A stretch of DNA of 64,000 bases from Gemmataceae bacterium. Lineage in GTDB: Bacteria; Planctomycetota; Planctomycetia; Gemmatales; Gemmataceae. A program made the translations under genes and the position numbers. The notes beneath the pieces were generated by a model that ran no database searches, was not told the DNA's origin, and was given only the letters and a program-made list of their open reading frames with translations. This document shows positions 52,550-60,964 of the stretch, one piece after another. The stretch covers positions 134 to 64,133 of the forward strand of contig DATFNV010000336.1 of NCBI GenBank assembly GCA_035266225.1, read 5' to 3'. Each line of letters starts with the position of its first letter. Position 1 is the stretch's first letter.

Positions 52550-53287
52550 ATGGGGGCAACAACCTTGACCACCGTATCCGCCACGCCGACGACGGGGACG
52601 CCGCGCACCCGCGTCCTGGTCATCGAGGACGAGCGGGGGCTGACCGAGGTGCTCAGCTACAACCTCCAGCGCGAAGGGTACGACACCGTCGTGGCCCACG
52701 ACGGCCAGGAAGGGCTGCGCAAGGCGCAAACCCTGTTGCCCGACCTGATCCTCCTCGACCTGATGCTGCCGGTCATGAGCGGCCTGGAGGTCTGCCGCGA
52801 GTTGAAGGCCGGCGAGCGCACGCGCGACATCCCCATTGTGATGCTGACCGCCAAGGCCGAGGAGACCGACCAGGTGGTCGGCTTCTCGCTGGGCGCCGAC
52901 GACTACGTCACCAAGCCGTTCAGCGTCAAAGTGCTGATGCAGCGGATCAAGGTGCTGCAGCGCCGCCGCGAAGGGGTCAACGACCCGTCTTCGGTGGTCG
53001 AGCACCTGGGGGTGCGCATCGACCGGGTGCGGCACCGGGCCTTTGTCAGCGGCAAGGAATTGAGCCTGACGCCGACCGAGTTCCGCTTGCTGGAGTGCAT
53101 GCTGCGCCAGCCGGGCCGGGCCTTCTCGCGGCACCAGCTCATGGACGCGGCCATCGGCGAAGGGCAGATCGTCCTGGAGCGCACCATCGACGTCCACATC
53201 AAGACGCTGCGCAAGAAGATCGGCGACGCCGACCTGATCGAGACCGTGCGCGGCGTCGGCTACCGCTTCCGCGAGGCGCTGAGCTAA
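52550..53287 (+). CDS. phoB: OmpR/PhoB-family response regulator
   Basis: 245 aa. Receiver domain VLVIEDE...DLILLDLMLP...TAKA, and a winged-helix C-terminus LTPTEFRLLE...IETVRGVGYRF. The phoB name rests on the pstB-phoU context. Confidence 0.8.
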   Translation: MGATTLTTVSATPTTGTPRTRVLVIEDERGLTEVLSYNLQREGYDTVVAHDGQEGLRKAQTLLPDLILLDLMLPVMSGLEVCRELKAGERTRDIPIVMLTAKAEETDQVVGFSLGADDYVTKPFSVKVLMQRIKVLQRRREGVNDPSSVVEHLGVRIDRVRHRAFVSGKELSLTPTEFRLLECMLRQPGRAFSRHQLMDAAIGEGQIVLERTIDVHIKTLRKKIGDADLIETVRGVGYRFREALS

Positions 53288-53615
53288 CTGCGCGTCGGTC
53301 TGTTCCGCAACCCTGGGCCGCGCGGCGCGGCTGCGCGGGCAAACTGGGGAGACATTTACGAAAAATGCTTGACTGGCCTTGGCGCGAGGGTTACCGTTAC
53401 AGGATCGAACTCGCATCGTGGTAGACCACGGTATCGGTAACTCTTCCGCTGCACTGAGGCTTGGGAGAGTTGTTCGGTTTCCTGTCGGCTAAGCCTGTCG
53501 CTGCATGAACGATCTTCGTGAAGTCTGCTTCAGGTCTGTGGCAACGCCGCCGCCGTCCGTAACGAGCTTGGAGCGGCCCGCAAGTCCGGGTGCTCCCCCC
53601 CCTGGAGAATGCATC

Positions 53616-53912
53616 ATGTTTGGACACGACACGTTTGCTAATGGCGGTGCCGCCCTGTTATTACCCTCCGAGGCCCCGCACGTCGATCTCGCCGACCTGG
53701 GCGGGCGCGCCCTGCGCAGCAGTCCCTACCTGGCGCTGCGCAAGGTCGGCTGCGAATGCCAGGACGGGGTGCTGACCCTGCGCGGCTGCCTGCCGACCTA
53801 CTACCTCAAGCAGGTGGCCCAGTCGATCGTCGCCCGGGTCGAGGGCGTGCGCCAGGTTGTCAACGAGATCGACGTGGTTTGTCCGGGAATGCATCCGGCG
53901 CAACGAGTCTGA
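53616..53912 (+). CDS. BON-domain protein
   Basis: ATG 53616, with GGAGA upstream. DGVLTLRGCLPTYYLKQVAQSIVARVEGVRQVVNEIDV is a typical BON motif. Confidence 0.7.
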   Translation: MFGHDTFANGGAALLLPSEAPHVDLADLGGRALRSSPYLALRKVGCECQDGVLTLRGCLPTYYLKQVAQSIVARVEGVRQVVNEIDVVCPGMHPAQRV

Positions 53913-53952
53913 GTCGGGACGACCAGGGAAGACACGAATCCGATGCGGCGGC

Positions 53953-54003
53953 GCGGGCGGGCAGGAACAGGAGCCGCCCGCGCCCCCGGCGCCTTTCCGG
54001 GGG
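53953..54003. terminator. two adjacent GC-rich hairpins between convergent genes
   Basis: GCGGGCGG-13 nt-CCGCCCGC (53953-53981) and CCCCCGG-7 nt-CCGGGGG (53983-54003). No clear U-tract. Confidence 0.3.
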
Positions 54004-54006
54004 CGG

Positions 54007-54549
54007 TCAGGCGCGGTGTTTGCCGAAGGCGAGGGTGCCGGGGACGCGCTCGTCGAGCCAGAAGCCCAGGAGCAGCGTGAGGTAGTACAGCGGCGAGAGG
54101 TAGGAGCCCGAGCCGCCGAACGTGGGCAGCACGACGTACTGGTAGAGCGGTGTCCCGGCCGCGGACCAGATGACGGAGTTCCAGACCACTTCGTTGACCG
54201 GGCCGCTGACCACGAGGAACAGGCCGCGGTAAAGCCAGCGGCGCGGGCCGACGACCCCGGCCCGGTTCTCGCACAGTAAATAGACGGAGCAGTTGCCTCC
54301 GAGCACGGCGAAGACCATGCCCCAGCCGGCCAGGCTGGTCGTCTCCCAGAAGAGCGGCGTGATGCGGTAGGCCCACAGGCGGACGTTGAGGCCCAGGAAC
54401 GCCAGGCCGCCCAGGACCTCGCACGGGATCCACGCCAGCAGTGCCACCACGCTGGTCGCCACACAGCGTACCCACAGCGGCGCCCGGCCCGCCCTGGGCC
54501 GGAACACTTTCCCGCCACGCGGCGGCAAACAATCGGTCGAAGCGGACAT
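54007..54549 (-). CDS. hypothetical 4-5 TM membrane protein
   Basis: ATG 54549 (MSASTDCLPPRGG...). Hydrophobic segments VVALLAWIPCEVLGGLAFLGL, AGWGMVFAVLGG, LFLVVSGPV and LYYLTLLLGFW. Confidence 0.55.
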   Translation of the reverse strand: MSASTDCLPPRGGKVFRPRAGRAPLWVRCVATSVVALLAWIPCEVLGGLAFLGLNVRLWAYRITPLFWETTSLAGWGMVFAVLGGNCSVYLLCENRAGVVGPRRWLYRGLFLVVSGPVNEVVWNSVIWSAAGTPLYQYVVLPTFGGSGSYLSPLYYLTLLLGFWLDERVPGTLAFGKHRA

Positions 54550-54573
54550 ATTCTCCTTCCTCGGGCATCTGGG

Positions 54574-54614
54574 GTCGCTTGCGGCTTCGCACGTCCTGCC
54601 AAGCCGCAAGCGGC
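54574..54614. repeat. degenerate palindrome GTCGCTTGCGGCTTCGCA ... GCCAAGCCGCAAGCGGC
   Basis: An imperfect member of the GCCGCTTGCGGC family. Lies between two co-directional minus-strand genes. Confidence 0.7.
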
Positions 54615-54619
54615 GTCGG

Positions 54620-55264
54620 CTACACGGGCACCAGGCGCAGCACATCGAGCCACTGGTGCTGTTCGAGGTTGACGCGGTCGATGGTGTTGGGCTCGTCGGC
54701 CCACAGCCCCAGGCCGACCATCACCGGCTGCCGGCCGGCCTGGGCGCGCCCCGCCAGCAGCACCCAGCGCGACGGCTCGCCGCGCCCCGCCGCCTTCCGC
54801 GTGTGCCGGTGGAACGCCGCCGTGAACCCGTGGTGGCTCATCTGCGGCGGCCAGACGCGTACCCGCGGCCGGTCGGTCTGCGCCGCCGCCCCCAGCCCCG
54901 GCACCACCTTGTCCAGCAACTTCTCCACCGCCGTCGCGTCAATGGTCGCCTCCCGCCCGACCCCGGCCACCACGACCAGCCGCAGCCGGGCGGGCTGGTG
55001 GTAGACCGTCAGCTGCCGTTGGCCCACCGGCCGCGTCGGCAGCGGGCACTCGTCGAGGTTGACGTCCAGCTCGCGGTCCCAGGCGTCCGACTCCTTCGCC
55101 CGGCCGAACAGCGCCCGCCACAGCTTCCGCACCAGCAGCAGCAGCACGATCAGGAGGAGCACGCCCACCCCGGCCACGACGGCCCACGCGGGGACGCCGT
55201 CGGGGAGGATCGACTGCAACTGGTCGAGCGGGTCAGACGAGTCGGCGAACGGGGCTGCGCGCAT
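54620..55264 (-). CDS. hypothetical 214-aa protein with an N-terminal membrane anchor
   Basis: Only the last 214 codons of the 581-aa ORF (ATG 55264, MRAAPFADSSDPL...WAVVAGVGVLLLIVLLLLV...) have protein-like composition. The remainder is antisense to the PD40 gene. Confidence 0.55.
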   Translation of the reverse strand: MRAAPFADSSDPLDQLQSILPDGVPAWAVVAGVGVLLLIVLLLLVRKLWRALFGRAKESDAWDRELDVNLDECPLPTRPVGQRQLTVYHQPARLRLVVVAGVGREATIDATAVEKLLDKVVPGLGAAAQTDRPRVRVWPPQMSHHGFTAAFHRHTRKAAGRGEPSRWVLLAGRAQAGRQPVMVGLGLWADEPNTIDRVNLEQHQWLDVLRLVPV

Positions 55265-55366
55265 GGCTGGTCTCGGTGATCGCGGGACGGCGGTGGATCG
55301 CGACGCCCCTATAATGGTCTGAACAACGCCCCCGACGATCAAGGTCCGACCTTCAAGGAGCCGTCG

Positions 55367-56407
55367 ATGCTTCCCCTCCTCGCCGCCCTCGCCCTGGCCG
55401 CCGAACCCGCCCCCCCCGAGTGGGCCAAGCCCGAGAGCGAACACCTCAGCAACGTCCGACAGCTCACGCGCGATTTCGTTCGCGCCGGCGAAGGCTACTT
55501 CTCGCCCGACGGCAAGACCATCATTTTCCAGGCCGAAGAGAAGGACAGTGGCAACCCGTTCTACCAGATCTTCACGATGGACCTCGCCGGCGGAAAGGTC
55601 ACCCGCGTCAGCCCCGGCGTCGGCAAGACGACCTGCTCCTTCTTCCGCCCCGACGGCAAGAAGATCATCTTCGCCAGCAGCCACCTCGACCCCGACGCCA
55701 AGGCGAAGTACGCCGAGGAATACAAGCTGCGCGACGACGACAAGAAGGCCGGCCGACACCGCCGTTACAAGTGGGACTTCGACCCGCACATGGCCATCTT
55801 CGAGGCCGACCCTGACGGCGAGCACCTGAAGCGCCTTAGCGACGCCAAGGGCTACCACGCCGAGGGCAGTTACTCGCCCGACGGCCGGCAGATCGTCTTC
55901 TGCTCCAACCGCTCCGGCGCCGAGGACCTGGAGCTGTACGTTATGGACGCCGACGGCAAGAACGTGCGGCAGCTGACGCACGCGCCGGGCTGCTACAACG
56001 GCGGCCCGTTCTTCTCGCCCGACGGCAAGAAGGTGATCTTCCGTAGCGACCGCAAGAAGAAGGACCACCTGCAGCTGTACGTCATCGACGCCGACGGCAA
56101 GAACGAGAAGGCGCTGACCGACGACCTCAACTGGGTCAACTGGGGGCCGTACTGGTACAAGGACGGCAAGCACATTATCTACGCCGGCGCCGACCACAGC
56201 AACCCGGCGGTACGGCCCAACTACGACCTGTACTGGATGAATATCGACACGGGCAAGAAGGTGCGCATCACCTATGCCCCGGGGGCTGACATTCTCCCCG
56301 TCTTCAGCCCGGATTACAAGAAGCTGATGTGGACCTCGACGCGCGACGGGCGCGGGCCGGCCCAACTGTACCTCGCGGACTTTACGCCGCCCAGGGACGA
56401 GGATTGA
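55367..56407 (+). CDS. TolB-like PD40/WD40-like beta-propeller repeat protein
   Basis: 346 aa, with AAGGAG upstream. Repeated SPDGK.I.F motifs (YFSPDGKTIIF, FFRPDGKKIIF, SYSPDGRQIVF, FFSPDGKKVIF). Confidence 0.85.
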   Translation: MLPLLAALALAAEPAPPEWAKPESEHLSNVRQLTRDFVRAGEGYFSPDGKTIIFQAEEKDSGNPFYQIFTMDLAGGKVTRVSPGVGKTTCSFFRPDGKKIIFASSHLDPDAKAKYAEEYKLRDDDKKAGRHRRYKWDFDPHMAIFEADPDGEHLKRLSDAKGYHAEGSYSPDGRQIVFCSNRSGAEDLELYVMDADGKNVRQLTHAPGCYNGGPFFSPDGKKVIFRSDRKKKDHLQLYVIDADGKNEKALTDDLNWVNWGPYWYKDGKHIIYAGADHSNPAVRPNYDLYWMNIDTGKKVRITYAPGADILPVFSPDYKKLMWTSTRDGRGPAQLYLADFTPPRDED

Positions 56408-56426
56408 CCGATGAACTCACTTGAGC

Positions 56427-56499
56427 GGCGGCCCACGATTCATCGTTTCGCGACACGATGAGATTTATCGTTTCGCGACACGATAAATCGTGGGCGGCC
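56427..56499. repeat. palindromic element with a duplicated ATCGTTTCGCGACACGAT module
   Basis: GGCGGCCCACGATTCATCGTTTCGCGACACGATGAGATTTATCGTTTCGCGACACGATAAATCGTGGGCGGCC. Lies between convergent genes. Confidence 0.85.
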
Positions 56500-56514
56500 T
56501 CCCAACCGAGACGA

Positions 56515-58077
56515 TTAGAACGTGTTCACCAGCCGCCCGTCCTCGGCGGCCAACTGCCGGGCCAGGGTGTACTGGTGATAGTGCATGAGGCACTTGAACA
56601 GGTAGAGGACGAGGACGTTGGCGTCGGGCCGCGACTTCAGCAGTCGCCAGAGCCGCTTGCGGTACTCGCGGCGCAGGTCCCCCTCGGGGATGTTGCGCAT
56701 CAGGCGGACGAAGAGGACGACGGCGCTGACCAGGTTCTTCGTCTGCATGGTCAGCCACGACCAGGGGTGCCGCCGCCAGTAGCGCCTCACGCCGGCCCCG
56801 TAGGGCATCCGCTCCTTGAGGTACAACTCCTCCAGGCGGGCGAAGTACGCCTCCGGCTCGTAGAGGTCGCGCATCACCTTGACGTAGCCATCGCGCAGCT
56901 CCTCGCGGCTCATCTGCAAGGGGATGACGTTGGTGCCGTACTCCGGCTCGTCGGCCGAGTCGAGGCGGCCCTCCTCGGCCAGGCGGGCGTGCAGCGGCGT
57001 CTTGGGGATGGCCGCGAGCATGCCGACCATGGCGGTGGCGATGCGGGCCTCCTTGAGGAACTGCCGCTGGGCGTCGAAGATGGTCGTGTCGTCGTTGTCG
57101 AAGCCGACGATCATACCGCACCAAACCTCGATCCCCGCCCGCTGCACCTTGTGGACGCGCTCCAGGATCGTCCCCACCGGGCGGACGTTTTGAAACTTCT
57201 TGGTCTCGCGGAGGGACTTTTCGTTGGGGCTCTCGATGCCGATGAAGACGCTGATGATGTTGGCGTCCACCATCAGCCGCAGCAACTCGTCGTCCTCGGC
57301 CAGGTCGAGCGAGGCCTCCGTGAAGAAGTCGAACGGGTAGCCGTTGGCCTCCTGGTAGGCGATCAGGTCGCGCAGCAGGACCTTGACGGCCTTCTTGTTG
57401 CCGATCAGGTTGTCGTCCACGATGAAGGCGATCTCGATCTTCTGGGCGCGCAGCGCCTCCAACTCGGCGATGACCTGGGCGCTGGTCTTGAGGCGCGGCC
57501 GGCGGCCGAAGGTGACGATGATGTCGCAGAACTCGCACTGGAAGGGGCAGCCGCGCGAGAACTGCACGCTGCCGAACAGGTAGTGCCGCATCTTCAACAG
57601 GTCGAAGCGCGGCGTCGGTACCTTGGTCATGTCGGTCTTCTCGGCCTGCTCGTAGCGCGGCGCGTGCCGGCCCTGCTTCCAGTCGCTGAGGAATTGCGGC
57701 CAGGTTTCCTCCGCCTCGCCAATGAAGATGACGTCGGCCAGGTCGCCGAAGTAATCCTCCTGCACGGTGACCCACGGCCCGCCGACGACGGTGAAAACGC
57801 CGCGCCGCTTCAGCTCGGTCAGGATTTCGTGCATCCGGTGCCGCTGTACGCTCATGCCGGTCAGGCCGACGACGTCGGCGCGGGCCAGGCGCTCCCAGTT
57901 AAGGGCCTCGACGTTTTCGTCGATCAGGGTGACGGTGTGCTCCCCGGGAGTGAGGGCCGCCAGGAGCGGCAGGCAGGCGACGGGGAGGTTGGCGCGCTTG
58001 CCGACCAGCGGCAGGGCGTGCTCCATGCCCCAGTAGGACACCTCGAAGCGCGGGTTGATGATGACGATGTCGGCCAT
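56515..58077 (-). CDS. B12-binding-domain radical SAM protein with a DUF4070-like C-terminus
   Basis: ATG 58077 (MADIVIINPRF...). N-terminal cobalamin-binding-like domain. SRGCPFQCEFCD is a CxxxCxxC radical SAM motif. Long helical C-terminal region. Confidence 0.85.
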   Translation of the reverse strand: MADIVIINPRFEVSYWGMEHALPLVGKRANLPVACLPLLAALTPGEHTVTLIDENVEALNWERLARADVVGLTGMSVQRHRMHEILTELKRRGVFTVVGGPWVTVQEDYFGDLADVIFIGEAEETWPQFLSDWKQGRHAPRYEQAEKTDMTKVPTPRFDLLKMRHYLFGSVQFSRGCPFQCEFCDIIVTFGRRPRLKTSAQVIAELEALRAQKIEIAFIVDDNLIGNKKAVKVLLRDLIAYQEANGYPFDFFTEASLDLAEDDELLRLMVDANIISVFIGIESPNEKSLRETKKFQNVRPVGTILERVHKVQRAGIEVWCGMIVGFDNDDTTIFDAQRQFLKEARIATAMVGMLAAIPKTPLHARLAEEGRLDSADEPEYGTNVIPLQMSREELRDGYVKVMRDLYEPEAYFARLEELYLKERMPYGAGVRRYWRRHPWSWLTMQTKNLVSAVVLFVRLMRNIPEGDLRREYRKRLWRLLKSRPDANVLVLYLFKCLMHYHQYTLARQLAAEDGRLVNTF

Positions 58078-58158
58078 GACGCCGGCCCTCTGTGCCGAAA
58101 GGGACAACCGAGCCGAAGCGGATTACCACGCGAGGGCAAACCGCTCAAGATCAACCCG

Positions 58159-58218
58159 GCCGCTTGCGGCTTAGCGTTCGCTCCGTGAGAGTTGCGCGAA
58201 CGCTAAGCCGCAAGCGGC
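58159..58218. repeat. palindromic element GCCGCTTGCGGCTTAGCGTTCGC-loop-GCGAACGCTAAGCCGCAAGCGGC
   Basis: Same family as 14764 and 42808. It is the only copy located in a divergent promoter region (radical SAM gene / mutM). Confidence 0.9.
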
Positions 58219-58283
58219 ACGAACCGATGTGGTGCGAATTGCCGGTCTCGCCTATAATCACGGCCACGTTGGGGAGGTGGTGC

Positions 58284-59111
58284 GTGCCCGAACTGCCCGA
58301 AGTCGAAACCGTGGTGTGCGACCTGCGGCCGCTGCTGGTCGGCCGACATCTCGGATCGGTCCGGGTGAGCAAGCAGCGCCTGCGCCGCCCCTGGTCGAAG
58401 TCGTGGGCGGCCCTCCTGGACGGCCGGCGCGTCGAGGCCGTGGCCCGCCAGGGGAAATGGATCGTCCTGGCCCTGGACGAAACGGTGCGCCTCGTCTTTC
58501 ACCTGGGGATGACCGGCCAGCTGAGGGTGGTATCCGCCGCGGAACCCGTGGCGAAGCACACGCACCTGGTGATCGACCTGGACGGCGGCCAGGAACAGCT
58601 GCGCTTCCGCGACGTGCGCCGCTTCGGCAGCGCCACGGTCTTCCCGGATGGGCCGGCGCTGGCCCGATTCCTCAAACAATCGGGCCTGGGGCCCGAGCCG
58701 TTGGACCTCGACGCCGCGACCTGGCGCCAGAAACTGGGTCGCACCGACCGCTGTCTGAAGGCGGTCCTCCTCGACCAGCGCGTGGTGGCCGGCGTGGGCA
58801 ACATCTACGCCGACGAGTCGCTCTTCGAGGCACGCTTGCACCCCGCGCGGAAGGCGAGCGGCCTGAGCGCCGCCGAGGTTGGGCGGCTGGGCCGGGCGGT
58901 GGCGACGGTGCTGCGGCGAGCCATCGAGCGGCGCGGCTCGACCATCCGCGATTACGTCGGCGCCTCGGGCCAGCGCGGCGGCTACCAGGACGAGTTTCGC
59001 GTGTACAAGCGCACGGGCCAGTCCTGCCCCCGCTGCGACACCCCGATTGAGGCGGTGCGCCTGGCGGGGCGATCGACGCACTATTGTCCCAACTGTCAAC
59101 GGAGGCAGTAG
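58284..59111 (+). CDS. mutM: formamidopyrimidine-DNA glycosylase
   Basis: GTG 58284, preceded by GGGGAGGTGG. Canonical (M)PELPEVE N-terminus, GNIYADESLF, and the zinc finger CPRCDTPI...HYCPNCQ. Confidence 0.9.
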   Translation: MPELPEVETVVCDLRPLLVGRHLGSVRVSKQRLRRPWSKSWAALLDGRRVEAVARQGKWIVLALDETVRLVFHLGMTGQLRVVSAAEPVAKHTHLVIDLDGGQEQLRFRDVRRFGSATVFPDGPALARFLKQSGLGPEPLDLDAATWRQKLGRTDRCLKAVLLDQRVVAGVGNIYADESLFEARLHPARKASGLSAAEVGRLGRAVATVLRRAIERRGSTIRDYVGASGQRGGYQDEFRVYKRTGQSCPRCDTPIEAVRLAGRSTHYCPNCQRRQ

Positions 59112-59114
59112 TCC

Positions 59115-59149
59115 GTACTGAGTACTGAGTACTGAGTGCCGAGTACTGG
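59115..59149. repeat. tandem heptamer (GTACTGA)x3 GTGCCGA GTACTGG
   Basis: Read directly. Lies between the mutM stop and the histidine kinase ATG. Confidence 0.9.
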
Positions 59150-59155
59150 AGACGC

Positions 59156-60880
59156 ATGTCCTACCGCGCCTTCAAGCACCTGATCGGCGAGACGAGCCTG
59201 GAGCGCAAGTGCCGTTACCTCTTCGGCGGCTTCATTCTGGCCCTGATCAGCCTTAGCTTCTACCTGTACCTGCGGCAGACCGAGCACTTGGCCTACCTTC
59301 AACTGGCCACCAGTTCGCGGCTGCTGGTGCCGGCCCTGGTCGCCGAACAGCACCACCCCGAGCCGGACGAGAAGAAGGCCGCCGCGGTCGAGCGGGCGAT
59401 GGCCGACGTCCGCAGCTATTGGGATGTCAAGGCCTTCTCCAAACCCGGCAATGCCTACGAGCGCCGCTTCATCAAGCCCGACGACCCGGAGAAGAAGCCG
59501 CAAGACGGCGCCGGCTACCAGCGCCTGCTCCAGTTCCAGAACGACCCCGCCGCCGACGATTATAACGAGCAGGCCCTGTCCCAGGGCAAGAACCACTACT
59601 ACGCCGCCATCCGCGCCAGCGAGTCGTGCGTCGGCTGCCATCACAACGCCAAGGGCGGGGAGCTGAACCGGGGCGACCTGATCGCCGTCCTCAAGATCGA
59701 GATGACGACGGGGGAAATCGAGGACGCCGTCCAGCGCAACCGGGCCTGGCTGCTGACCACGGGGGTCATCACCGCCTTCCTCATCATGGGCGGCAGTTAC
59801 ATCATCGTCCGCTACGTCATCGTCAAACCGGTCAAGCACCTCAAGGAAGTCAGCGACGCCATCTCCGCCGGCGAGTTGAACGTGCGCAGTGAGATTCAGA
59901 CCGGCGACGAATTCGAGGACCTCAGCCACGCCTTTAACCGCATGCTGCGCAACCTCGTCAGCATGCAGGATCGGCTGCGCAAGGTGAACGCCGACCTCGA
60001 CCGCAAGGTGGACGAACTGGCCCAGGCGAACATGGCCCTGTACGAGTCCAACCGCCTCAAGGGCGACTTCCTGGCCACCATGAGCCACGAACTGCGCACG
60101 CCGCTGAACAGTATCCTTGGCTTCAGCGAGGTCCTCGTCTCGAGCAACGGCCTGACCGAGAAGCAGCAGCGCTGGGTGCGCAACATCCAGTCGTCGGGCG
60201 AGCGGCTGCTGAACCTGATCAACGACATCCTCGACCTGGCAAAGATCGAGGCCGGCAAGATGCAGGTGCGGCTGTCGGAGTTCAGCGCCTCCGACGTCTG
60301 CGAGGGGCTGCTGGCGATGTTCCGGCCGCTGGCCGAGAAGAAGAACATTGAGCTGCGCCACCAGCTCGACCAGGGCATCCCGCTGCTGCGCCAGGACGTG
60401 GTCAAACTGCAGCAACTCCTCTCCAACCTGCTGTCCAACGCCATCAAGTTCACGCCGGAGGGCGGCCGCGTCCTGCTCCGGGCGGAGGCCGACCCGCTTT
60501 GCATCGTCCTGACGGTGACCGACACCGGCGTGGGGATCGCCCCGGAGGAGCAGGAGTTGGTTTTCGAGAAGTTCCGCCAGTCGGGCAACCCGATGACGCG
60601 CGAGCACGCCGGCACCGGCCTCGGCCTGTCGATCGTGCGCGAGCTGTCGAAATTGCTCGGCGGCGAGGTGACGTTGCAGAGCGAGTTGGGCCGCGGCAGC
60701 ACGTTCACGGTGCGCTTACCGCTGCAGCTGAGCGAGGAGCCGCGGCTGGAGTTCGACCTGGCGCACGAGGGGATCGATCTGTCGAAGGCCCAGCGCGTGG
60801 ACGTTCGGCTGTACGCCGGTGCGACGGCGCCGGCGACCCGGCTGGACGGCCCGGCGGACACCAAGGTGGAGGGGAAATAA
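59156..60880 (+). CDS. sensor histidine kinase: TM, extracytoplasmic domain with CxxCH (DUF3365-like), TM, HAMP, HisKA, HATPase
   Basis: 574 aa. Motifs SCVGCHH and a HAMP region KPVKHLKEVSDAISAGEL...FNRM. H-box FLATMSHELRTPLNSI, N and G boxes LLSNAIKFT and DTGVGI...GTGLGLSIV. Confidence 0.88.
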   Translation: MSYRAFKHLIGETSLERKCRYLFGGFILALISLSFYLYLRQTEHLAYLQLATSSRLLVPALVAEQHHPEPDEKKAAAVERAMADVRSYWDVKAFSKPGNAYERRFIKPDDPEKKPQDGAGYQRLLQFQNDPAADDYNEQALSQGKNHYYAAIRASESCVGCHHNAKGGELNRGDLIAVLKIEMTTGEIEDAVQRNRAWLLTTGVITAFLIMGGSYIIVRYVIVKPVKHLKEVSDAISAGELNVRSEIQTGDEFEDLSHAFNRMLRNLVSMQDRLRKVNADLDRKVDELAQANMALYESNRLKGDFLATMSHELRTPLNSILGFSEVLVSSNGLTEKQQRWVRNIQSSGERLLNLINDILDLAKIEAGKMQVRLSEFSASDVCEGLLAMFRPLAEKKNIELRHQLDQGIPLLRQDVVKLQQLLSNLLSNAIKFTPEGGRVLLRAEADPLCIVLTVTDTGVGIAPEEQELVFEKFRQSGNPMTREHAGTGLGLSIVRELSKLLGGEVTLQSELGRGSTFTVRLPLQLSEEPRLEFDLAHEGIDLSKAQRVDVRLYAGATAPATRLDGPADTKVEGK

Positions 60881-60964
60881 AGCGAGCCCGGGGCGCCCGC
60901 GCGGGCGATTCGTTCCCTCGCGGGCGCCCCGGGCCCCGCCGCCGCGCTCGGCGGGGCGGGAGCG

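Noticed and set aside
55265-56365. Upstream 367 codons of the 581-aa minus-strand ORF; also the 576-aa ORF 56458..58188 and the 503-aa ORF 59096..60607.
   Set aside because: They are antisense to the PD40 propeller, radical SAM and histidine kinase genes respectively, with GC-artefact composition.
59156-60880. Histidine kinase as the missing PhoR for phoB at 52550.
   Set aside because: It lies 6 kb away with four unrelated genes in between. Its CxxCH sensor architecture is unlike the cytoplasmic PAS-type sensing of PhoR.
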